Assembly: GCA_003482905.1 (NCBI GenBank)
Contig: DMXM01000029.1
Location: 41,108 to 105,107 of the forward strand
Direction of reading: 5' to 3'
DNA: 64,000 bases
From: Elusimicrobiota bacterium
Lineage (GTDB): Bacteria; Elusimicrobiota; Elusimicrobia; Elusimicrobiales; UBA9959
A program made the position numbers and the translations under genes. This document shows, one piece after another, positions 55,644 to 64,000 of this stretch. The notes beneath the pieces are model-generated. The model ran no database searches. It saw only the letters and a list, made by a program, of their open reading frames with translations, and was not told the DNA's origin. Position 1 is the stretch's first letter; every line of letters begins with the position of its first letter.

Positions 55644-56072
55644 CTATTTAGATATAAAGTAGATCCCGCCGGAAAGCAGCAGCGTGCCTATAAGCTTATT
55701 GGTGGTAAAGCTCTCCCCCAGGAATAACAATGCCAGCACGAAAGTGACAAAGGGATAAGTAGAGCTGAGCGGCACTATCCTGCCGGCCTCGCCTCCGGAA
55801 AGGGCCTTCAGGTAGAAGAAGACCCCGCCCATGGAAACTATCACGCTGGCCATAACGAACAGAGGCCCCAGCTTGTCCGAGCCCAGCAGGGCCTGTTTCG
55901 TCGGCGCGTATTTCCACAACACCAGCGGCGCGAAGATAAAGATCATGAACAGCGAACGCACATAGAAAGCCCCGGACGGGTCCATATGCTTAAGGGTTGC
56001 CTTGTCGAAAAAAGCGCCCATACCCCAGCCCAGGATAGCCAGCAGAAGGAAGATCACTGTCGAGAGTTCCAT
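55644..56072 (-). CDS. EamA/DMT family transporter
   Basis: About 5 hydrophobic helices; YLKAL...VPLSSTYP...FLGE. Confidence 0.85.
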   Translation of the reverse strand: MELSTVIFLLLAILGWGMGAFFDKATLKHMDPSGAFYVRSLFMIFIFAPLVLWKYAPTKQALLGSDKLGPLFVMASVIVSMGGVFFYLKALSGGEAGRIVPLSSTYPFVTFVLALLFLGESFTTNKLIGTLLLSGGIYFISK

Positions 56073-56076
56073 GGCT

Positions 56077-57273
56077 TTAAGGCGGCGGCAGCTGGCCGGG
56101 CAGTTCCATTTCGGAGAAGGGCTTCTTGAGGTAATTGGCGATAGACTCGGAGAAACCCCAATTATCGCTGTAGGCTTTCGCTTCCTTGTAATACCCCACG
56201 GCCTTGTCGCGGGCGCCCTTCAGGTCGTAGACGTTGCCGAGACGCACTATCGCCCACACGCCCCAGCGCGCCGGGTGCGCCGCGGCGTCCTCTTTCAGCG
56301 TGGCCGCGGCCCTGGCAAAATATTCGGCGGCCTCGTCGTACTTCTTGTCCACCAGGTAGGTGGTGCCGATAGCCGTAAGCACGCGCGGCAGGTAGCGCTT
56401 GCGGTAGGCGGGGAGCCCCGCGTTGACGGCCTTAAGGTATTCAAAAGATTCCTTGCGGGACTCGTCGTATTTCTTATACTCGTAAAGGGAGACTATCTCC
56501 ACAAAATGCATCTGCGGGTGCACGGGATACTGCGCGCGCAGCTCCCTCGACCACTTCACGGCCAGCTCCGGGTTGGAGAACCTGCTGCCGGTCTGCGTGT
56601 AGATCTCTATCAGCAGGAGTTTCGCGGCCAGGGCGTTAAAATACCCTTTCTCCTTGCAGACGTTCAAATATTCCAGGCCTTTCCCGGCGTCGCCGCTGAG
56701 GAAAAGGTTGGCCAGCAGTTTTATGGCGCCGGGCAGGGTCCCGGCATAATACTCGTACATCCCCAGCCCCAGGTAGGCGTCGTAAAGCTCGGGGTCGATC
56801 TTAAGCGCGCGGCGCGTGTTGGAGATGGCTTTTTTACCGTCGAAGAAGGCTTTGACCCAGCGGTGCTGGAGCACGGCCAGGCGCGCGCGCAGGCCGTACA
56901 TGCCGCCCAGGCACAGGTAGGCGTTGGCGTCGCCGGGGTGTTTTTTTATCCAGGCAAGGCCGGTCTCTATGGCTTTATCGGTAAGTTCCGCGTATTCCTT
57001 GTCCAGCTTCGGGTCCGATTCGTCCTCGAGATATTCCAGGTTGGCCCATTTGGCCATGGCTATGCCGAAATGCGGGAATGGGTGGGCCGGGTACTTTTCC
57101 AGCGCCAGGTCGAAATTCTTTTTAGCCTCGGGGAGGTCCACGGAATAAATGGCGTCTATCCCTTTTTTCGAAAGGAGACGGAGCTCTTCGGGCAGGGGCT
57201 CGTATTTCGGGGCCGCCGCCATAGCCGCGGCCGCGCAGAGCGAAAGCGCCGCGGTCAAAATAAGTCTTTTCAT
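56077..57273 (-). CDS. Exported TPR-containing protein
   Basis: Signal peptide; [25 protein letters not shown]...AVGYYKEA. Confidence 0.75.
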   Translation of the reverse strand: MKRLILTAALSLCAAAAMAAAPKYEPLPEELRLLSKKGIDAIYSVDLPEAKKNFDLALEKYPAHPFPHFGIAMAKWANLEYLEDESDPKLDKEYAELTDKAIETGLAWIKKHPGDANAYLCLGGMYGLRARLAVLQHRWVKAFFDGKKAISNTRRALKIDPELYDAYLGLGMYEYYAGTLPGAIKLLANLFLSGDAGKGLEYLNVCKEKGYFNALAAKLLLIEIYTQTGSRFSNPELAVKWSRELRAQYPVHPQMHFVEIVSLYEYKKYDESRKESFEYLKAVNAGLPAYRKRYLPRVLTAIGTTYLVDKKYDEAAEYFARAAATLKEDAAAHPARWGVWAIVRLGNVYDLKGARDKAVGYYKEAKAYSDNWGFSESIANYLKKPFSEMELPGQLPPP

Positions 57274-58559
57274 AACGTTATTTTATCCGTTCCCATGTAT
57301 TTGCGCAGGGCTTCCGGCACAATTACGGAGCCGTCCGCCTGCTGGTAATTTTCGAGTATCGCCGCGAAAGTGCGGCCCACGGCCAGGCCGGAGCCGTTGA
57401 GGGTGTGCACGAACTCCGTCTTTTTGCCGTCGGCGCGCCTGAAGCGGGTGTTCATGCGGCGGGCCTGGAAATCCGTACAGTTGGAGCAGGAGGAGATCTC
57501 CCTGAACATATTATCCCCGGGCATCCAGACCTCCAGGTCATAAGTCTTGGCGGAAGAAAAGCCCATGTCGCCGGTGCAAAGCTCGAGCACGCGGTAGGGG
57601 AGCTTAAGCACCCGCAGGACCTTCTCCGCGTCGGCGCGCAGTTTTTCCAGCGCGGCCATGGAATCCTCGGGCCGGGTAAGCCAGACCAGCTCCACCTTGT
57701 TGAACTGGTGGTTGCGTATCAAGCCGCGGGTGTCCTTGCCGTAAGAACCCGCCTCCTGACGGAAGCAGACGGTGTAGGCGGCGAAACGTTTGGGCAGGTC
57801 CTCCTCTTTAAGGATGTCGCCGCGGTACATGTTGGTGAGGGGCACTTCCGCCGTGGGAATAAGGTAAAGGGGCGGCTCGGAAGCCACTTTATAGAGGTCT
57901 TCCTCGAATTTGGGCAGCTGGCCGGTGCCCGTCATGGTTTCCGGGGTGACCAGGAAAGGCGGGAAGATCTCCGTGTAGCCGTGTTCCCCGGTGTGCAGGT
58001 CCAGCATCAGCTGGGTCAGGGAGCGCTCAAGCCTGGCGCCCTGCCCCTTTAACAGCGCGAAGCGCGAACCGGAAAGTTTGGTGGCCGTCTCAAAATCTAG
58101 TATACCCAGCTTTTCGCCCACAGCGTGGTGGTCCAGCGGCTTGAATGAGAACTCGCGTTTGTCCGCGACGTCCTCGAAAACCACCTTATTATCCTGCGGC
58201 CCCCCCCCTTTCAGGACGCTTTCATGGGGCGGGTTGGGTACGCTGAGCAGCAGGGAGTTCAGCTCCGCCTCCTGGGCGGCTACCTTCTCCTCGCGCGCCT
58301 TCACCGCCTCTTTGGCGGCGGCGGCCTCGGCCATGGCGGCTTGCGCGGCGGTTTCGTCTTTGGCGGCCTTGGCCACCTGGATCTTCTTGGAAACCTCGTT
58401 GCGCCTGGAGCGCAGCTCTTCTATTTCCGCGAGGGCCGCGCGGTAAACGGCGTCCTTGGCGATTATCTCTTCCAGAACCGGCAGATAGCGGCCGCCGCGG
58501 TCGGCCATGGCCGCCTTCGCATGTGCCGGGTTGGCGCGGACGAATTTTATATCAAGCAT
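57270..58559 (-). CDS. serS: Serine--tRNA ligase
   Basis: [55 protein letters not shown]. Confidence 0.98.
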   Translation of the reverse strand: MLDIKFVRANPAHAKAAMADRGGRYLPVLEEIIAKDAVYRAALAEIEELRSRRNEVSKKIQVAKAAKDETAAQAAMAEAAAAKEAVKAREEKVAAQEAELNSLLLSVPNPPHESVLKGGGPQDNKVVFEDVADKREFSFKPLDHHAVGEKLGILDFETATKLSGSRFALLKGQGARLERSLTQLMLDLHTGEHGYTEIFPPFLVTPETMTGTGQLPKFEEDLYKVASEPPLYLIPTAEVPLTNMYRGDILKEEDLPKRFAAYTVCFRQEAGSYGKDTRGLIRNHQFNKVELVWLTRPEDSMAALEKLRADAEKVLRVLKLPYRVLELCTGDMGFSSAKTYDLEVWMPGDNMFREISSCSNCTDFQARRMNTRFRRADGKKTEFVHTLNGSGLAVGRTFAAILENYQQADGSVIVPEALRKYMGTDKITL

Positions 58560-58570
58560 TCAGAAAACTC

Positions 58571-59110
58571 TCAGGGCTTAAGAATATTTATAACGGCTTC
58601 GCGCACTATGGCGGCCGGCTCATCCCCCTGGCGGGGGCAGATCATAACTTCCATTTTAAGGGCCTCAGGCAGGAAGCCAGTGTTTCTGAGCTTGCGAAGC
58701 TGCTCAGAAAGCTCGAAGTTCAGCACCTTGGCCTGGCGTTCGGAGGCGGGGTTTATTTTAGAGACCCGCACTTCCTCCACGTAAAAGGGCACACCCCAGA
58801 ACGCCTTTTCGGGGGCGTCGCCCTTGCGGTTCAGGCGCAGCCGCAGCGAGTAGCGCAGCACCAGGCCTTCCACGGTCTTTACGGAAGGATTGCGCAGCGT
58901 CACAAGGGCGCGCAGGTAATCGGAGAATTTCAGTCCCGGCGCGGCGCGCAGCTCCGTCACGGGGGCGTAGGGAGTGCGGCTCTTCCCCTGCATTTTGGAA
59001 ATTTCCCAGTTTATATTAATTATCTCGGTCTGGGCGGGGGCTTCCGGCGGAAGCGCCGCTGCAAGGGAAAGAACGGCGGCCAGAAAAGCGGTGATGCGGT
59101 ATATGCTCAT
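58571..59110 (-). CDS. Exported hypothetical protein
   Basis: Signal peptide, GGAG RBS, co-oriented with serS; no recognised motif. Confidence 0.6.
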   Translation of the reverse strand: MSIYRITAFLAAVLSLAAALPPEAPAQTEIININWEISKMQGKSRTPYAPVTELRAAPGLKFSDYLRALVTLRNPSVKTVEGLVLRYSLRLRLNRKGDAPEKAFWGVPFYVEEVRVSKINPASERQAKVLNFELSEQLRKLRNTGFLPEALKMEVMICPRQGDEPAAIVREAVINILKP

Positions 59111-59161
59111 TGTATGTTCTCCGTTGGGCTCTATAACTGAACAGCGCGGTCAATTCGCGTC

Positions 59162-59755
59162 TTACGCGGTTTCGGCGGCCAGCAGCGCTTTCTCCATGTT
59201 TTCCGGAATAAGCGCGAGAACCTCGCTGCGGGTCACGGTCCGGTCACATTGCAGGTCCAGCGTCACGGTGACCAGGCTGTGGGGACTGCGGCCCACAGCC
59301 GTCCAGAGCGCCTCCAGGAGAAACCGGGTCTCGCCCTGCACGCACTTGGGCGCGGTCGGCAGAAAGCTGCGCTTGAGCGCGTTGGAAAGGGAACTTATCA
59401 GCCCGTTGAGTATGATATTGCCGAGTTCGGACAGCAGGAGCTCCTGCGCCTGGTTGAGATTGGGCATCCTGGAAAATGAAAACCCCATGAAGCCCCTGGA
59501 AATAGTGTCTATATCGCCGGGCCTGAACACCACCATGGAGGTGAACGGAAACTCGCCCTTCACCTCAAAGTAGACCGCGGCCCCGGTGCCGCGGACGGCG
59601 GAGTGGTCGAAAATGGCCTCTTCCATGCTGCGGCAGGAAACGCGGACATCGGCCACGCTCCATTCGCCGGCGGAAATACGCGAAAGCTTGGCCACGCACT
59701 TTTCAAGGCCCGCCACGGATATGCGTTCTAGTATTTGTCCGGCTTTTGTATCCAT
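59162..59755 (-). CDS. CheC-like phosphatase family protein
   Basis: SELGNIILN (ExxN), LSNAL...P; adjacent to a CheY-like regulator. Confidence 0.7.
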   Translation of the reverse strand: MDTKAGQILERISVAGLEKCVAKLSRISAGEWSVADVRVSCRSMEEAIFDHSAVRGTGAAVYFEVKGEFPFTSMVVFRPGDIDTISRGFMGFSFSRMPNLNQAQELLLSELGNIILNGLISSLSNALKRSFLPTAPKCVQGETRFLLEALWTAVGRSPHSLVTVTLDLQCDRTVTRSEVLALIPENMEKALLAAETA

Positions 59756-59773
59756 TTTCCTCTTACCGCCAGG

Positions 59774-60127
59774 CTACGCGAGGTCCTTCATCAGCGACTT
59801 AAAATCCTCGTAGGAGAACGGCTTGCGCAGTATCGCATTGACGCCCTTGTCGGCCAGGCGCCGGTCTATCTCGTCCTGCTCCACCGCCGTCACCACCACC
59901 ACGCGGGCGTCCGGGTCCAACGCCCGCAGGTCTTCCAGGATCTCCACGCCCGACTTGCCGGGCAGGATGAGGTCGAGGAACACCACGTCGGGCTTGAACT
60001 CCTTGAAATACTTTACCGCGCTGGGGCCGTCCTCGGCCTCCGCCACCACCTCGTGCCCGAGCTTATTAAGCAGGGACTTGATGGTGTACCTGGTAAGGGC
60101 GTTATCTTCAACCAGCAATACTTTCAT
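59774..60127 (-). CDS. CheY-like single-domain response regulator
   Basis: VLLVEDN, VVAEAEDG, PDVVFLDLILP, KPF. Confidence 0.9.
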   Translation of the reverse strand: MKVLLVEDNALTRYTIKSLLNKLGHEVVAEAEDGPSAVKYFKEFKPDVVFLDLILPGKSGVEILEDLRALDPDARVVVVTAVEQDEIDRRLADKGVNAILRKPFSYEDFKSLMKDLA

Positions 60128-60230
60128 ATCTCCCCCTTATACCGCTATGCCTGGCCGCGCGCCGGACCAAACCCCCGCTTGTTCCGGCGCGCCGTCCGGG
60201 GCCCGGCCCCGGCAGATCGATTTCAAACCT

Positions 60231-61430
<1,200 letters not shown>

Positions 61431-61500
61431 GTTATCTTCCTCCTGATATTATGTCTAAATTATACAAATTTCCTAGTACCCACCACCTGCGCCGCTGGGG

Positions 61501-61630
61501 GGCGGCAACCGGGGTGTGCCCTTGCGCACCCTTTGCGGAAGGGGGCCCCGCCATAATTTCCCTAGGCGGGGGGAACCGACGCAAGGGTTCCCTCTTCCAG
61601 GGTGCGCAAGGGCACACCCCGGTTGCCGCC
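61501..61630. repeat. 130-bp element with perfect 32-bp terminal inverted repeats (MITE/REP-like)
   Basis: GGCGGCAACCGGGGTGTGCCCTTGCGCACCCT (61501-61532) and exact reverse complement (61599-61630). Confidence 0.8.
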
Positions 61631-61638
61631 TATCCCGG

Positions 61639-63048
61639 CTACTTGTGTTCCACCAGCTTGAAGGCCAGGTCCAGGAACTTTTTGGTGTTCTCCTGGCTGT
61701 CGGTCTCCGCGTAGGTGCGCAGCAGCGGCTCGGTGCCGGAGGGCCGCATCAGCACCCACCAGTCGTTGTCCAGTATTATCTTCAGGCCGTCAATAGTGTT
61801 GGTCTCCGTGATCTTGTGCCCCAGCAGTATCTTCGGCAGTTTTTTCTTTATCTTGACCGCGAAAGAGTGCTTGTTGGGAATGGCTTTATCTAGATCGAAG
61901 TCCCTGCGCACAAAGCACGACTTCCCATGCTTTTTCTCTATCTCGGCGTAAAGGGCGGAGATGGGTTTGCCGGTCTTTACCGCCATTTCCATAAAGAACA
62001 GCGCCGTAAGCGCGCCGTCGCGCTCAGGGAGGTTGCCTTTCCAGGCGTAACCGCCCGACTCCTCCACGCCAAAAGTCACGTCCTCGGACAGCATCTTCTC
62101 GGCTATATATTTAAAGCCCACCGGGACCTCGTCAAAAGGGAGCCCGGCGGCGCGGGTGATGCGCTTGGTCAGATACCCCATGGAAACGGCCTGGACAACC
62201 TTACCCTTGTAATTGCCTTTCGAAAGCAGGTATTCCAGCAGCAGGGGGGCTGTCTGGCAGGGCGTCATGTACTGGCCCTTGTCGGAAACCAGGGCGAAGC
62301 GGTCCGCGTCCCCGTCCAGCGCCACGCCGAAGAGCGCCTTGTGCTTCTTCACCGCGGCCACCAGTTCCTGCAGGTTCTTTTCCACGGGTTCCGGCGCCAT
62401 GCCCCCGAAAAGCGGATCGTGCCGCTCGCGCAGCCTTATAACGTTCTTGGCGTTGAATATGGCGGCGGTCTCCGCGCCCACGCCGTGCATGAAATCTATC
62501 ACCACCGTGCCCGGCAGCTTGGGCAGCACCTTGGCCGAGGGTACTTTGGAGTTGAGGTATTCAGCGTAGGCCGGCCTGAAATCCTTAACGGCCACCGGGG
62601 CACCCGACGGCTTCATCGGCACGGCCTTGGCCACGTAGTTCTCTATCTCCGCGGTCACCGAGGGAGGGGCGGAGCGCCCGTTCTGCTTCACCTTTATGCC
62701 GTTGTAATAATGGCGGTTATGGCTGGCCGTTATTATCACCCCGAGGCCGTAGCCTTTGGTGGTGAGCAGGCTTATGGCCGGCGTGGGCAGGGGGGTGGCG
62801 CTGAGCGTGACCTCGAGGCCGTTGGCGGCCAGGACATCCGCCAGCGTTTTGGCGAAGAGGTCCGACATGAAGCGCCTGTCGTAGCCTACGGCCACGGAAG
62901 GTTTCTCGGTGCGCATGTACTTATAGGCGATGTAGTCGGCCATCCCCTGGGCGGTCTTCCTCACCACGTCGTAGGTAAAGTCCCTGGCTATAATACCGCG
63001 GAACCCGTCAGTACCGAATGATATATGGTTTGCCTGGTGGGAACTCAT
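61639..63048 (-). CDS. Phosphoglucomutase/phosphomannomutase family protein
   Basis: FGTDGFRG, ITASHN, DGDADR, GVEESGG, RPSGTEP. Confidence 0.93.
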   Translation of the reverse strand: MSSHQANHISFGTDGFRGIIARDFTYDVVRKTAQGMADYIAYKYMRTEKPSVAVGYDRRFMSDLFAKTLADVLAANGLEVTLSATPLPTPAISLLTTKGYGLGVIITASHNRHYYNGIKVKQNGRSAPPSVTAEIENYVAKAVPMKPSGAPVAVKDFRPAYAEYLNSKVPSAKVLPKLPGTVVIDFMHGVGAETAAIFNAKNVIRLRERHDPLFGGMAPEPVEKNLQELVAAVKKHKALFGVALDGDADRFALVSDKGQYMTPCQTAPLLLEYLLSKGNYKGKVVQAVSMGYLTKRITRAAGLPFDEVPVGFKYIAEKMLSEDVTFGVEESGGYAWKGNLPERDGALTALFFMEMAVKTGKPISALYAEIEKKHGKSCFVRRDFDLDKAIPNKHSFAVKIKKKLPKILLGHKITETNTIDGLKIILDNDWWVLMRPSGTEPLLRTYAETDSQENTKKFLDLAFKLVEHK

Positions 63049-63140
63049 TTATACCTCTCTATAAAGCGATGCCGGCGCCGCCGGCCGCCGTTCATACTTG
63101 TTGATTAGAGTATATATATTATTAAAATTGGACGGGGAAC

Positions 63141-64000
63141 TCAAATACCAAGACGCGAAAGGATGGGTGGCAAGCCGCGCTCCACGGCAAGGCTGAGCGC
63201 CCCGGCCGGATTCGCGGAGGGCCCGGCCTCTATCACCCCGGCCACCCCCAGGCGGGCCAATGCCCGCCGGTCATTTATCAGCGACCGGCCGCAGACCACC
63301 ACCACAGGCTTGCCCAGCCTGCGGGCGGCGGCTATGGCCGCCCCTGGAGCCTTGCCGTAAAAAGTCTGACGGTCGAAACAGCCCTCCCCGGTGATAAGCA
63401 GGTCGGCCCGGGCCAATGCCCGCGCGAAACCGAGCCGCTCCAGCACAAAGGCGGAGCCGTCCGCCAGTTCGGCGCCGAAGAAAGCGGCCAATCCCGCGCC
63501 AAGCCCGCCCGCCGCGGCCCCGCCCTTAAGCCTGGACACATCCAGGCCGGAAAACTTCTTCAGCGCCGCGGCATAGCGGCGCAGGGCGGCTTCCATGAAA
63601 ATGACCTCCGCCGGGCCGGCGCCTTTCTGCGGGCCGAAGACCCGCGCCGACCCGAGGCGGCCCAGCAGCGTATTCCTGACGTCGGCCAGCCCCTCCACGC
63701 GCAAGTTCCTGAGGCGGGCCGCTCCGCCGCCCGGCAGTATCTCGCAAATGCCGGCCAGGCCGCGTGCCCCGCCGGCCACCGGCTTCCCGTTCTTATCGTT
63801 GAGCAGAAAACCGAAAGCCGCCGCGCAGCCGGCCCCCCCGTCGTTGGAGGCGCTGCCGCCCAGCCCCACTATTATTTCGCGGGCGCCGCGCGCCGCGGCG
63901 GCCGCGATAAGCTGCCCGACGCCCCGCGTGGAGGCGTCCAGCGGGCGCAGCCGGCAAGCGGGCAGGAGCTTAAGGCCTGAGGCCTCGGCCATTTCTATTA
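63141..64000 (-). CDS. Glycerate kinase (5' end outside window)
   Basis: IEMAEASGL, GLGGSASNDGGAG, FGPQKGA, AAGGLG, ITGEG, GKAP. Confidence 0.92.
   Translation of the reverse strand, partial: IEMAEASGLKLLPACRLRPLDASTRGVGQLIAAAAARGAREIIVGLGGSASNDGGAGCAAAFGFLLNDKNGKPVAGGARGLAGICEILPGGGAARLRNLRVEGLADVRNTLLGRLGSARVFGPQKGAGPAEVIFMEAALRRYAAALKKFSGLDVSRLKGGAAAGGLGAGLAAFFGAELADGSAFVLERLGFARALARADLLITGEGCFDRQTFYGKAPGAAIAAARRLGKPVVVVCGRSLINDRRALARLGVAGVIEAGPSANPAGALSLAVERGLPPILSRLGI

Noticed and set aside
61432-61893. Small ORFs or SAM riboswitch upstream of metK
   Set aside because: The ORFs are artefacts of the palindromic element (same peptide on both strands); no riboswitch consensus recognised.

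Overview
GC-rich bacterial chromosome segment. Gene style suggests Elusimicrobiota (giant FN3/Ser-Thr-rich exported proteins, PorV-like barrel, T9SS-like C-terminal domain, many prepilins); this is inference only. Housekeeping blocks: PTS IIA/rapZ/hprK/hpf at the left end, and korAB/sucCD, corA, rimO, serS, metK, a phosphohexomutase and glycerate kinase to the right. Between them is a ~29 kb accessory region (2.76-32.1 kb). It holds an ABC-2 exporter, a PorV-family protein, a PQQ-propeller/FN3 protein with a T9SS-like C-terminal domain, a 4,554-aa FN3-repeat surface protein, an Rrf2 regulator, three large minor pilins and a compact RiPP-like operon. That operon encodes an HPr-kinase-like P-loop protein, a PqqD/RRE, an S24/S26-type peptidase and a radical SAM/SPASM enzyme. 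The main find is a 45-aa ORF missing from the ORF track (24812-24949, minus): MKKKKVYEKPKMKTEKVFETAALACGKCQTGPISQLACKTLKRFS. It has a YxxP RRE-type leader, three Cys and a C-terminal Ser, and is the likely precursor peptide. Other observations: four unrelated palindromic REP/MITE-like elements (one in frame inside a glycosyltransferase), several apparently leaderless sigma-70 promoters, a Cys-rich 4x repeat between Thr-rich arms in a PilX-like protein, and a HATPase+STAS pair with operator-like palindromes. No rRNA, tRNA or CRISPR array was seen. All family calls are by eye from motifs; no database search was run.
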